Shown here piece by piece: positions 8,996 to 18,453 of a stretch of 64,000 nt of DNA. A program made the position numbers and the translations under genes. The DNA is from Dehalococcoidia bacterium (lineage in GTDB: Bacteria > Chloroflexota > Dehalococcoidia > Plut-88900): contig OZ240215.1 in assembly GCA_965197585.1 (NCBI GenBank), forward strand, positions 2,560,001 to 2,624,000, in the 5' to 3' direction. The notes beneath the pieces were generated by a model that was not told where the DNA came from, made no database searches, and saw nothing but the letters and a program-made list of their open reading frames with translations. Within the stretch, counting starts at the first letter, position 1, and the number at the start of each line of letters is the position of its first letter.

Positions 8996-10246
8996 CTACT
9001 TCTCCTGATTGCACCAGTCCATCGCCGCCAGGGCATACGTCTTCGCCAGCTGCACCATGCTCGGCACTATGACGTAGGAGTCGGGCTCACCCTTCTGGTC
9101 CCGGCCGTTCTCGGCGCCCATCAGGCACACTGGAATACCCGCCTCCCAAATGTGGCAGCTGTCGTTGCCCGCATAGGATTGGGTCAGTATCGCCCCTATC
9201 TTGTCCGGCGCCCGACCCGAAACCTTGCGGTAGGCCTTCTCCAGGTTCTGCACTATCACGTTGTCTTTGGGCACGTCCATCGGGTTCATGAACACCGTCA
9301 TCACCTTGTACTCCGGCGGCACCGGCGTCACTATCTCGTACTCGAAGGTCGGGTCCTCTTCCTTGATCTTGCTCAGTGCCCGGTCAAGGTCTGCCTTGAC
9401 CGTCACGTGCGACTGCCCAGGCACGATCCTCGCATCGACTATCACCGTGCAGTAGTCACAGGTGAAGTTCGGCCCTTTCAGGTCGTGGTTCCTCCCCCTC
9501 CCCCCGATTATCGTCCCAGCGATAATCCGTGGCAGATCGGGCAGGTCGGGCCTGTGTTCATAGGTGAATTCTACGTTCTTTATTGCCGGTATGGCCTTTG
9601 TCATCATCTCCAGGGCGTCGATGGCCAAATGAGAGCGGCTCACGTGCTGCGACTGCCCGACGGTACTGATAGCCAACTCCACAACCCCTGCGTGAGTCGT
9701 CATTATGTTGTCCCCGTCGCCCGTGGGCTCCGCGACATAGGCTCCGTCAGTTCTCAATCCTTGGTTTAAGGCGTAGACCGTCCCAACCCCTCCCTGCAGC
9801 TCCCCCACAACACACGCCACGACAAGGTCGCCCTTCATCGGGGCCTTGGCCTTCCGAATAGCCTCGGCAGCAGTGATGATCGCCGTTACCCCGCCCTTCA
9901 TGTTGTTGATCCCCGCACCGTACAGCCGGTCCCCTTCCCAGCTGGGAGTGAACGGCTCCCGGACCCAGCCCATCGCCAGCGGGTCGATGTCTATGTGCCC
10001 GTTAAGCATCAGGCTCTTGCCCCCACCCGACCCCTTGAGCGTCGCTATCGTCTGATACCGACCCGGCTCCACTTCCTGCAAATCTACCTCATACCCTCTG
10101 CGACGGAAGAACCCGGCCAGGAACCTGGCAACTTTCTGCTCTTCCGTCTTGAAGCTGGGCATGGAAATCAGGTCGCTGGCCAGCTTGACTGTCTGCTCGG
10201 TCTTGATTTGACGCAGTACGCGTTCCTCGACCGCTTGGTCAACCAT
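8996..10246 (-). CDS. M20/ArgE-DapE family metallo-amidohydrolase (paralogue 1)
   Basis: Motifs LNGHID, GINNMKGG, GELQGG and AEP. Confidence 0.9.
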   Translation of the reverse strand: MVDQAVEERVLRQIKTEQTVKLASDLISMPSFKTEEQKVARFLAGFFRRRGYEVDLQEVEPGRYQTIATLKGSGGGKSLMLNGHIDIDPLAMGWVREPFTPSWEGDRLYGAGINNMKGGVTAIITAAEAIRKAKAPMKGDLVVACVVGELQGGVGTVYALNQGLRTDGAYVAEPTGDGDNIMTTHAGVVELAISTVGQSQHVSRSHLAIDALEMMTKAIPAIKNVEFTYEHRPDLPDLPRIIAGTIIGGRGRNHDLKGPNFTCDYCTVIVDARIVPGQSHVTVKADLDRALSKIKEEDPTFEYEIVTPVPPEYKVMTVFMNPMDVPKDNVIVQNLEKAYRKVSGRAPDKIGAILTQSYAGNDSCHIWEAGIPVCLMGAENGRDQKGEPDSYVIVPSMVQLAKTYALAAMDWCNQEK

Positions 10247-10348
10247 TCTTACCTCCCGAGATATTGATTGTGCAAGTTCAGAAAGCGCTTAGTTAAAGTA
10301 AGTTACGGAGATGAAAAAACTAGTGGAGAGAAATATAAGTGCTGTCCG

Positions 10349-11470
10349 CTACATACCCTCAAAGCGCAGAGTGCCTTCCAAGCGGTGCTTCCCATCCGCG
10401 AATTGGAAAGCCAAGGGTATTTCTTCACCTTCGGCAGGGGGTATGAATCCATTGTTTCTAAGGGTCCTGAGTGCTAGCAATATCTGTCGCTCGGAGAACT
10501 GTCGTTTCCTGTCACTCCAGCTGTGAGTTTGGGCAACAATGTCGGACTCGGTGGCATTCGGATATTCCTTGGTGACCCAGTGGACAGTTGCTAGCAACTC
10601 AAGGCCAAAAGGTGTTTCGAATCCTTCAATCAGCTCTGTGACTCTGTCCAGTCTTCGCTTCGATTCAGGATGGCTTACCAAATAATTATCCGAATCAGTA
10701 AGTGCACTTGGGGCTAATGTGAGTTGCTTGTGAGGTTCGTCACCCCCATCGTTATATCCGTAGATCATGTGTCCCTCAACCGTCCGTAGCAGATGTCGAA
10801 GATTCTGAGCGTATGGCCCATAGGTCTCTTTCACGAAAGCCAGCCTCAGCGGCTCACCCGCTTCCTGCATGAAATACATAAGCTTATGCACTTCTAGCAG
10901 CGTTACAAAAGGATCGAGCAAACCTTTGAGGTAGCGGTAAATCAAGCGTATCAAGACTGCTCTTGCTACAGTCATCTTGGATGCACTGACAGATTTAGGT
11001 AGTTGACTGATGGAAGCACTACCAGGTTTGAATACGATCGCATCTAAGCAATCGATTGCCTTTACAGTTGCTTCTATAAGGGGACGCACGTCCGCCCAAT
11101 TAAGCTTGCCCAAGTCGGTTCCTAGAGGGGGAATCGCTATAGAACGGATGTTGCGCGCCTTAATCTCTTCTGCTAGTGCGTCAAGGCCTGCTTCAATGTA
11201 TTCGAGGCGGCTTTTGCCACGCCAGTGAATCTTGGTTGGGAAGTTGATGACAAAGCGAGGGTTGGTGGAACATCCAGTTTCGAATACAAACATCCGACCC
11301 GGTTTTACCTCTTCCCGCTCGCAGGCGGCCTGATAGGCCTTGAAGTTGGCCGGATATTTCCTTTTGAACTGGAGGGCTATCCCGCGTCCCATCACACCAA
11401 CGCAGTTGACACTGTTAACTAACGCTTCGGCATCCTCCTCGAATATATCGCCCCTCTTATATTCGATCAT
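10349..11470 (-). CDS. darG: DarG antitoxin (macrodomain DNA ADP-ribosyl glycohydrolase)
   Basis: GDIF..DAEALVNSVNCVGVMGRGIALQFK, INFPTK.HW and SIAIPPLG in the macrodomain; C-terminal YGPYA and GLELLATVHW. Confidence 0.93.
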   Translation of the reverse strand: MIEYKRGDIFEEDAEALVNSVNCVGVMGRGIALQFKRKYPANFKAYQAACEREEVKPGRMFVFETGCSTNPRFVINFPTKIHWRGKSRLEYIEAGLDALAEEIKARNIRSIAIPPLGTDLGKLNWADVRPLIEATVKAIDCLDAIVFKPGSASISQLPKSVSASKMTVARAVLIRLIYRYLKGLLDPFVTLLEVHKLMYFMQEAGEPLRLAFVKETYGPYAQNLRHLLRTVEGHMIYGYNDGGDEPHKQLTLAPSALTDSDNYLVSHPESKRRLDRVTELIEGFETPFGLELLATVHWVTKEYPNATESDIVAQTHSWSDRKRQFSERQILLALRTLRNNGFIPPAEGEEIPLAFQFADGKHRLEGTLRFEGM

Positions 11471-11484
11471 GTGCCCGGCCCTCC

Positions 11485-12150
11485 TCACGAATAATACCAA
11501 TCCCTCTTAATCTCGACTAGCGGGTTTATTTTAGCAAACCGTAGCGCGGACAAAACACGATTCCTGATTTGAGGCGAGTATACGCCAATGCGCTTTATCA
11601 GTGTCCAGGGAAATGAAAGCTGTACCAATAACTCTGCTTGCTTAAGTTCCTTGCGGTTCGGAAACTGTGAAGTATTGGTCCAGGTTTTGGATTGTACAGC
11701 GTCCCAATCTATCTTCTCCAATTGGGTAACGTCGGAGAAGTCCTCGAAATGGTTTGACCCTGCATTAGATGTGGTAAAGGCCCATAGCCGCTTGCGCTTT
11801 TCAGCCCACTGGATCACACAATGTAGATCGGCCTCAAGGTGAATAATGGGCACTTGCCCATCGTGATATGTCAGTTCGGGAAGGCTGCTTTTGTGGAGCA
11901 CATAAAGCATGACGGAACGTGGACAGAAGTAGAAAGGGACGCAATCGCCAACGTGTAAATCGGAATGGCAACTCAAGGCCTTGCTTCGCCGTCGTTGTTT
12001 GATGTTTTCAATACCGATAGTAGTGCCGGTATTCTTCCGGCCTGCCATGACCGCATCACACCATAGACCACTATCCTTGATAATGGATGGCAGTCGATCC
12101 ACATGCACAATGTGGTAAATCTTGGGCCGTTCCGGCACGAGCGCAGTCAT
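11485..12150 (-). CDS. darT: DarT toxin (DUF4433 ssDNA ADP-ribosyltransferase)
   Basis: IYHIVHVDRL, VPFYFCPRSVMLY, FTTSNA and KQAE (catalytic Glu); directly upstream of darG. Confidence 0.92.
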   Translation of the reverse strand: MTALVPERPKIYHIVHVDRLPSIIKDSGLWCDAVMAGRKNTGTTIGIENIKQRRRSKALSCHSDLHVGDCVPFYFCPRSVMLYVLHKSSLPELTYHDGQVPIIHLEADLHCVIQWAEKRKRLWAFTTSNAGSNHFEDFSDVTQLEKIDWDAVQSKTWTNTSQFPNRKELKQAELLVQLSFPWTLIKRIGVYSPQIRNRVLSALRFAKINPLVEIKRDWYYS

Positions 12151-12202
12151 ACCTAATTATAGTACATTTGACCTGTATTCAATTCGTTACTACCTGTACC
12201 CC

Positions 12203-12574
12203 CTAGCGGTTGCTCGTACCCTCAGCTCCGTCCAACTCCACGGCCTGCCGGATTATCCGCCCAAGGGCCGGTGCCTCCAGGTCCTCCAAACTCCTGATCT
12301 TCACGTGCCTCATCCGCTTACCTGTACCCTCGATCAGCCCCTCCGGATTCGGGATCAGGGCCCCTTGACACAGCCCCAAGGTTACGTGCTTGTCCGCCTG
12401 AGAAGCTATGTAGAATGTCCTAACCTTCTTTTCAAAGCAAGGATTGCCCCACTTTATCGACTCCCGCAAGTCGGGCGCAGCCTCCAGGAACATCCGACGT
12501 AGCTCTACTGCCAGAGGCCTCAGCCGCGCATCCACCTCGACCACCCAGTCGTCAAAACTCTTCTTTGACGGCAT
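12203..12574 (-). CDS. DUF1801 (YdhG-like) domain protein
   Basis: Motifs ESIKWGNP and L.EGTGK.MRHVK. Confidence 0.85.
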   Translation of the reverse strand: MPSKKSFDDWVVEVDARLRPLAVELRRMFLEAAPDLRESIKWGNPCFEKKVRTFYIASQADKHVTLGLCQGALIPNPEGLIEGTGKRMRHVKIRSLEDLEAPALGRIIRQAVELDGAEGTSNR

Positions 12575-12591
12575 AGTCGTAGCCCTGTGTC

Positions 12592-13551
12592 CTATTTCGT
12601 GTCGGGAACCAGCGTGAGCAGGAACTGCAGCACGAGATTGGCGGCCAGAAGCGAGGTTATTTCAGAAATATCGTAGGCGGGAGCCACCTCCACAATATCA
12701 AACCCGACCGCCCCGACTCCCCTCATCCCCTTCACCAATGCCATCGCCTCACGGCTGGTGAGCCCCGCCACCTCCGGCGTCCCGGTGCCCGGGGCGAAAC
12801 CCGGGTCCACGCTGTCGATATCATAGGAGATGTGCACCGGACGACCCTTGGTGGCCGACCTTATCTTCTCGATAGTCGCATCGACCCCCGTGTGCCAGAA
12901 CTCCTCGCCCGTGATCACGGTAATGCCCGCGGCCTTCACCTCCTCGACTATCCCCATCGAGGGCCGTCCCCGTATCCCAACCTGCACCGACGTCGCCGGG
13001 TCCATGATCCCCTCATCCGAGGCGATGCGGAACATGGAGCCGTGGTGTATGGGCATATCCTTGGGCGGCTCCCAGAAGTCGGGGTGTGCATCGAAATGGA
13101 CGAGGGATATCTTCCCGTGCTTCTTATACAGCGCCCTAAGGATTGGAAGGGAAACCGTGTGGTCTCCCCCCAGGCACACCGGGAAAACGTCCTGGGAGAT
13201 GATGTCCGTGACGGCGACCTCTATACGCCTGACCGCCTCTTCAATGTACCCATAGGTGAGTTCGATATCTCCATAATCCACAATGCGGAGGCTCTTGAAG
13301 GGCTCGGTCAGCTCCGCTGCCTCCAGCCCGTGTTGCCCGACGTGCATGGAAGCAGTACGTATCCCCCGAGGCCCGAACCTAGCCCCCGAGCGAATGATGG
13401 TCCCCAGGTCCAGCGGAAGCCCGACTATGGCCACGTCGGCCTTGGACAGGTCACGGCTCCCCGGAATCTGCATGAATGTGCTCGGGCTCCCGTATCGGGG
13501 CCCGTCTTGCCACGCTTCAGGCATCAATCGATTTTCTTCAGTGTTTCCCAT
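12592..13551 (-). CDS. speB: Agmatinase / ureohydrolase family protein
   Basis: GARFGP, GGDHT, HFDAHPD, DIDSVDP..APGTGTP and DIVEVAP. The exact substrate cannot be read from sequence. Confidence 0.8.
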   Translation of the reverse strand: MGNTEENRLMPEAWQDGPRYGSPSTFMQIPGSRDLSKADVAIVGLPLDLGTIIRSGARFGPRGIRTASMHVGQHGLEAAELTEPFKSLRIVDYGDIELTYGYIEEAVRRIEVAVTDIISQDVFPVCLGGDHTVSLPILRALYKKHGKISLVHFDAHPDFWEPPKDMPIHHGSMFRIASDEGIMDPATSVQVGIRGRPSMGIVEEVKAAGITVITGEEFWHTGVDATIEKIRSATKGRPVHISYDIDSVDPGFAPGTGTPEVAGLTSREAMALVKGMRGVGAVGFDIVEVAPAYDISEITSLLAANLVLQFLLTLVPDTK

Positions 13552-13669
13552 AAACCATTACTCCGGTTCTTGCCTGGTCACTTCCGGCATCGTTGCCGGA
13601 GATGTTAGCATATCGACAGAACATCCCGGTGCCGAACGACTAGATGTGGACAAACTCAGGAGGTGACCC

Positions 13670-14800
13670 ATGGCAACTTCTCTTACCGGAAGCTACGTTT
13701 CCGCTGATGGACACGTCGTAGAGCCCAAGGACTTGTTTTCTTCCCGAATGGACCGGAAACTCGCTGAAAAGGCCCCACACATCGAGTCCCGGGACTCCGG
13801 TGACTTCTACGTCATGGAAGGCTTCGGCGAGTTCGCCATCGGACTCTCCGGCGAGGGCAGCGCAGCCACCGACAAAGCCGAGGGCAAGGAAATCCACATG
13901 GCCGGCCTCCGCTATGATGACACCCGACCCGGCGCCTGGGATCCCGCCGCACGGCTCAAAGATCAGGACCTTGACGGCATCCGCGCGGAGGTTATGTACC
14001 CTGGTGTCTTTGGCCTTTGGTGCTACAACGCCTCCGACGCCGACCTCCACGTCGAAATCGTCCGCGTTTATAACGACTGGATCGCCGAGTTCAGCGCCTC
14101 CTCTCCCGACCGGCTCTTCGGCGTCGGCATCCTGCCCATGAGAGGCTCGACCGAAAGCAAAATCGCCGAGGTGGAGAGGGTCGCCAAGCTTGGCCTCAGG
14201 TCGGTGATGCTTCCCCTGGAAGTAGAGGGCGGTTACGTCAACATGGAGGGCGGCGACCAACTCTGGGCTGCCCTTCAGGACGTCGGGCTGCCCCTCGGGT
14301 TTCACGTGGGCTCCAGTACCAAGTCGGTCAGCGCAGACAAGTACCGGAGCCTGGGAGTCGGCGTCGCCGTAATAGAGCAGAAGATCTGCGCCGTGGCCCG
14401 CGGCCTCACCGATCTCATCCTCTCCGGCGTTCCACAGTCGTTCCCCGGCCTCCGGTTCGTCATGGCCGAGGGCGGTATCGGCTGGATACCTTCAGTCCTG
14501 CGTCTCAACGACCACTGGTGGGAAGACCACCGGCACTGGATGGAGCCCAAGCTGGAAGAGGCGCCGAGCAGCTACTTCTTCCGCCAGTTCTGGGCCACTT
14601 TCGAAGACGACCGTGCTGGCCTCCTCACCCGGGAACTCCTCAACGTCGACAAGCTGATGTGGGGCTCCGACTACCCCCACCCCGAGGGCGTATTCCCCTT
14701 CTCCCGGCAGCAGATCGCCAAGGACTTCCACGACATCCCGGAGCACGAGACCGTAAAGATCGTTGGCGACAACGCGGCGGCGCTGTACGGCCTGAATTAG
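13670..14800 (+). CDS. Amidohydrolase_2 family metal-dependent hydrolase
   Basis: Motifs SADGHVVEP, YNDW.AEF, FHVG, E.G.GW and WGSDYPH. Confidence 0.88.
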   Translation: MATSLTGSYVSADGHVVEPKDLFSSRMDRKLAEKAPHIESRDSGDFYVMEGFGEFAIGLSGEGSAATDKAEGKEIHMAGLRYDDTRPGAWDPAARLKDQDLDGIRAEVMYPGVFGLWCYNASDADLHVEIVRVYNDWIAEFSASSPDRLFGVGILPMRGSTESKIAEVERVAKLGLRSVMLPLEVEGGYVNMEGGDQLWAALQDVGLPLGFHVGSSTKSVSADKYRSLGVGVAVIEQKICAVARGLTDLILSGVPQSFPGLRFVMAEGGIGWIPSVLRLNDHWWEDHRHWMEPKLEEAPSSYFFRQFWATFEDDRAGLLTRELLNVDKLMWGSDYPHPEGVFPFSRQQIAKDFHDIPEHETVKIVGDNAAALYGLN

Positions 14801-15630
14801 GGCCGATAGGCCTCCGGTATCGGGCCGGTGGGTGGATAGCCGCCCTGGTCGTCGTGGGTCTCATCCCCGTATATTGGCGGGTTGAAGATGCTCATCACCC
14901 ACAAATCGGTGAACCACGTTACCTGGTGCCGGTCCCTGGGGCCGACGACATACACGGTTCCCGGCGCCAGATCCCACTTTTCGCCGGTGGTCACGTCCTC
15001 GACGGAGCCCTCACCCTCGAGAACGTAGTTCGCCTCGACGTGGTTCTGGTACCACATGACGATGCCCTTGCCCTCAGGGGCGCGGGGGGTGGAGATGGTG
15101 AACCCACACCCATCGTCGTGGGTGAGGTATCGATAGGCATTCGCGCGGCTGTGGCCTATTTCGACCACGGGAACATCCTCGAGTCTTTTCACATACATCG
15201 TCCGGCCCGCGTCACCCTGCCAGGCGGGGGGAATATCGCCTGTCGGGGGGAAGGCGCCGTCCGCGTCGTGCCTCTCATTGCCCATCACTGCGGGGCTGAA
15301 AATACTGACCAGGTGGACATCAGTCTTGGCCGTGAGACGATGCCTATCCTTAGGCCCGACCACGTACATACCTCCGTCCTCGACATCCCAGCTATTACCG
15401 TTGGTCAGGTCGGTAACCTCCAGGATGCCCTTTATGATCAGGTTCCCCTCCACGTGGTTCTTGTAGTGAAGGTCGAATGAGAATCCTGCCGAGAACCGCC
15501 CGTCGGAAAGGGAGAAGCCGCAGCCGTCGGCTTTAGTTAAGAGGCGCCTGGCATGCAAGATCTTGTCGCCGTCCCGGCGCACCATCTCTTTGTCGGTCCC
15601 GGCCAGGTCCTCCAGCTTTCTTGCGAACAT
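14797..15630 (-). CDS. Tandem two-domain ectoine synthase (EctC)-like cupin, copy 6
   Basis: Two EctC-type repeats, each with [HW]Y.NHVE, Y.VGP.DRH and F.P...G.E.HD..G.YP. Confidence 0.85.
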   Translation of the reverse strand: MFARKLEDLAGTDKEMVRRDGDKILHARRLLTKADGCGFSLSDGRFSAGFSFDLHYKNHVEGNLIIKGILEVTDLTNGNSWDVEDGGMYVVGPKDRHRLTAKTDVHLVSIFSPAVMGNERHDADGAFPPTGDIPPAWQGDAGRTMYVKRLEDVPVVEIGHSRANAYRYLTHDDGCGFTISTPRAPEGKGIVMWYQNHVEANYVLEGEGSVEDVTTGEKWDLAPGTVYVVGPRDRHQVTWFTDLWVMSIFNPPIYGDETHDDQGGYPPTGPIPEAYRP

Positions 15631-15649
15631 GATTGCACCACCAAATGAT

Positions 15650-15705
15650 GTGGCCGCTCATATGTCGACCCCCAGCGGAGGATCTTGGGCAGTATGAGCG
15701 GCCAC
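15650..15705 (-). repeat. Intergenic inverted repeat in the leader of EctC-like copy 6
   Basis: gtggccgctcata...tatgagcggccac; the whole spacer is duplicated at 16569-16673. Confidence 0.6.
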
Positions 15706-15734
15706 TTGCTCCGCGGAATTTTCTGCCTAATTAG

Positions 15735-16568
15735 CTAAGGCCGCCAAGCCTCCGGAATCGGCCCCCTGGGCGGGTATCCACCCTGGTCGTCGTGGGTCTC
15801 ATCTCCAACCAGCGGAGGATTGAACACGCTCATCAGGTAGAAATCGGTGTTCGCCTGTATCTGGTGCCGGTCCTTGGGACCGACCACATACACCGTCCCC
15901 GGGGCCAGGTCCCACTCCTCCCCCGTCGTCTGGTCCTTCACTGAGCCCTCGCCCTCCAGGATGTAGTTAGCCTCGACGTGGTTCTGGTACCAGAGGACAG
16001 TGCTCTTGCCCGCAGGGGCGCGGGGCGTAGATATTGTGAAGCCGCACCCATCTTCCTGGGTGAGGTATCGATAGGCGTTCGCGCGGCCGTGGCCTATTAC
16101 GATTACCGGGATGTCCTCCAGTCTTTTCACGTACATCGTTCGGCCGGCGTCACCCTGCCATGCGGAGGGAATGTCGCCCGTCGGGGGGAAGGCGCCGTCC
16201 GCGTCGTGCCTCTCATTACCCATCACGGCGGGGCTGAAAATACTGACCAGGTGGACATCAGTCTTGGCCGTGAGACGGTGCCGGTCCTTAGGCCCGACCA
16301 CGTACAGACCTCCGTCCTCCAAATCCCAGCTATTACCGTTGCTCAGGTCTGTCACCTCGATGACGCCCTTGATGATCAGGTTCCCTTCAACGTGGTTCTT
16401 GTAGTGCAGGTCGATGGAGAATCCCGCCGAGAAGCGCACGTCGGATAGGGAGAAACCGCACCCGTCTGCCTTCGTCAGCAGCCGCCCCGACTGCAAAATC
16501 TTATCCCCTTCCCTTTTCACCATCTCTTTGTCGGTCCCGGCCAGGTCCTCCAGCCTTCTTGCGAACAT
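15735..16568 (-). CDS. Tandem two-domain EctC-like cupin, copy 5
   Basis: 277 aa with the same double EctC motifs. Confidence 0.85.
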   Translation of the reverse strand: MFARRLEDLAGTDKEMVKREGDKILQSGRLLTKADGCGFSLSDVRFSAGFSIDLHYKNHVEGNLIIKGVIEVTDLSNGNSWDLEDGGLYVVGPKDRHRLTAKTDVHLVSIFSPAVMGNERHDADGAFPPTGDIPSAWQGDAGRTMYVKRLEDIPVIVIGHGRANAYRYLTQEDGCGFTISTPRAPAGKSTVLWYQNHVEANYILEGEGSVKDQTTGEEWDLAPGTVYVVGPKDRHQIQANTDFYLMSVFNPPLVGDETHDDQGGYPPRGPIPEAWRP

Positions 16569-16587
16569 GATTGCACCTCCAAATGAT

Positions 16588-16644
16588 GTGGCCGCTCATA
16601 TGTCAACCCCCCAGCGGAGGATCTTGGGCAGTATGAGCGACCAC
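16588..16644 (-). repeat. Intergenic inverted repeat in the leader of EctC-like copy 5
   Basis: gtggccgctcata...tatgagcgaccac; the single change gives a G-U pair on the minus-strand RNA. Confidence 0.6.
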
Positions 16645-16673
16645 TTGGTCCGCGGAATATTCGTCCTATCGCA

Positions 16674-17507
16674 CTACGGTCTCCAGGCCTCGGGGATGGG
16701 CCCGGTGGGTGGGTAGCCGCCCTGGTCGTCGTGGGACTCGCCGCCGTATATTGGCGGGTTGAAGACGCTCACCAAGTAAAACCCGGTGCTGGACTTCAAC
16801 TGGTGCCGGTCCTTGGGCCCGACCACGTACAGCGTGCCGGGGTACAAGTCCCACTTCTCGCCGGTTGTTTGGTCCTCGACGGTACCTTCACCCTCGAAGA
16901 TGTAGTTGGCCTCGACGTGGTTCTGGTACCAGAGGACGATGCCATCGCCCGCAGGGGCGCGAGGGGTCGAGATGGTAAACCCGCACTCGTCGTCATGGGT
17001 GAGGTATCGGTATGCCTTCGTACGCCCGTGACTTATGCCGACCACGCGGGTCTCCGAGAGCCTTCTTACGAACATGGTGCGGCCGGATTCTCCCTGCCAG
17101 GCGGAGGGAATCTCGCCGGTAGGCGGGTAGGAGCCATCGGCGTCATGGCGCTCGGTGCCCAGGGTTGGTGGGCAGAACACGCTGATGATGTGCGTATCGG
17201 TCTTGGCGAGGGTGCGGTGCCGGTCCTTCGGCCCGACCACGTACAGGTCCCCGGCGCCCAGGGTCCAGCTGTTGCCGCTGGACACCTCGGTCACGTCCAT
17301 CTCTCCCGATACGACCAGGTTGCCCTCAACGTGGTTCTTGTACCATAGGTCCATGGTCAGGCCTGCGGAGACTCGGACGTCGGAAAAGGAGAAACCGCAG
17401 CCGTCGGCCTTGGTCAGCAGGCGAGTGGCCTGCAATCTTTTCCCGTCGATTTCTCGCACCATCTGCTGGTCGGCGCCGGCGAAGTCTTCAAGCCTTCTAA
17501 CGTACAT
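16674..17507 (-). CDS. Tandem two-domain EctC-like cupin, copy 4
   Basis: 277 aa with the same double EctC motifs. Confidence 0.85.
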   Translation of the reverse strand: MYVRRLEDFAGADQQMVREIDGKRLQATRLLTKADGCGFSFSDVRVSAGLTMDLWYKNHVEGNLVVSGEMDVTEVSSGNSWTLGAGDLYVVGPKDRHRTLAKTDTHIISVFCPPTLGTERHDADGSYPPTGEIPSAWQGESGRTMFVRRLSETRVVGISHGRTKAYRYLTHDDECGFTISTPRAPAGDGIVLWYQNHVEANYIFEGEGTVEDQTTGEKWDLYPGTLYVVGPKDRHQLKSSTGFYLVSVFNPPIYGGESHDDQGGYPPTGPIPEAWRP

Positions 17508-17528
17508 GGTTACACCTCCGGGTTTGCC

Positions 17529-18362
17529 TTATGGCCTCCACGCTTCTGGGATGGGGCCGTTGGGCGTGTAGGTGCCCTCTTCGTCGTGGGTCTCGTGGCC
17601 GATGAGGGGCGGGTTGAAGACGCTGAGCAGGTAGGTGTCGGAGAACTTTACTGTCTGGTGTCGGTCCTTGGGCCCGACGAAGTACATGGTGCCGGGGGCC
17701 AGGTCCCACTTCTCGCCGGTGGTCAGGTCTTCCACCGTGCCTTCGCCTTCCAGGATGTAATTGGCCTCCACGTGGTTCTTGTACCAGAGGACGATTCCCT
17801 TGCCCGCGGGTGAGCGGGGGGTGGACATAGTGAAACCGCACCCTTCCGGCTGGTTGAGATACCGGTAGGCGGTGGAGCGGCCGTGGCTTATCCCGACTAC
17901 CTTGGTGTCCTCCAGGCGCTTGACGAACATGGTCCGCCCGTTCTCTCCCTGCCATTCGGGGGGAAGGTCGCCGGTGGGCGGGTAGGCGCCGTCGGCGTCG
18001 TGGCGCTCGGTGCCCAGGGTGGCGGGGTTGAAGACGCTTACAACGTGAACATCGCTGTTGGCCGTCAGCCGGTGACGGTCCTTCGGCCCGACCACGTAGA
18101 GGTCTCCGGCGCCCAGGTCCCAACTTTCGCCATTGGTCAAGTTCTCCACGTGCAGATCACCGCCTACCACCAGGTTCCCCTCCACATGGTTCTTGTACCA
18201 CAGGTCGATGACCCAGCCTTCGGAAATCCTGACGTCCGAAAGGGAAAACCCGGCGCCGTCCGCCTTAGTTACCAAGCGCCTTGATTGCAGTCTCTTATTC
18301 CCGTCGGTCTTGACCATCTCCATGTCGGTCCCGGCCAAGTCCTCCAGCGTTCTTACGAACAT
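17529..18362 (-). CDS. Tandem two-domain EctC-like cupin, copy 3
   Basis: 277 aa; SRRL..K.DG.GFS and LWYKNHVE in both halves. Confidence 0.85.
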   Translation of the reverse strand: MFVRTLEDLAGTDMEMVKTDGNKRLQSRRLVTKADGAGFSLSDVRISEGWVIDLWYKNHVEGNLVVGGDLHVENLTNGESWDLGAGDLYVVGPKDRHRLTANSDVHVVSVFNPATLGTERHDADGAYPPTGDLPPEWQGENGRTMFVKRLEDTKVVGISHGRSTAYRYLNQPEGCGFTMSTPRSPAGKGIVLWYKNHVEANYILEGEGTVEDLTTGEKWDLAPGTMYFVGPKDRHQTVKFSDTYLLSVFNPPLIGHETHDEEGTYTPNGPIPEAWRP

Positions 18363-18453
18363 AACTTCACCTCCAGATCCTTTCCATATATACGGGTCTC
18401 GGGGGACAGTCTAACTTAAACCGAGAAAGCGGACACTCACCATCGCCGGCTCC

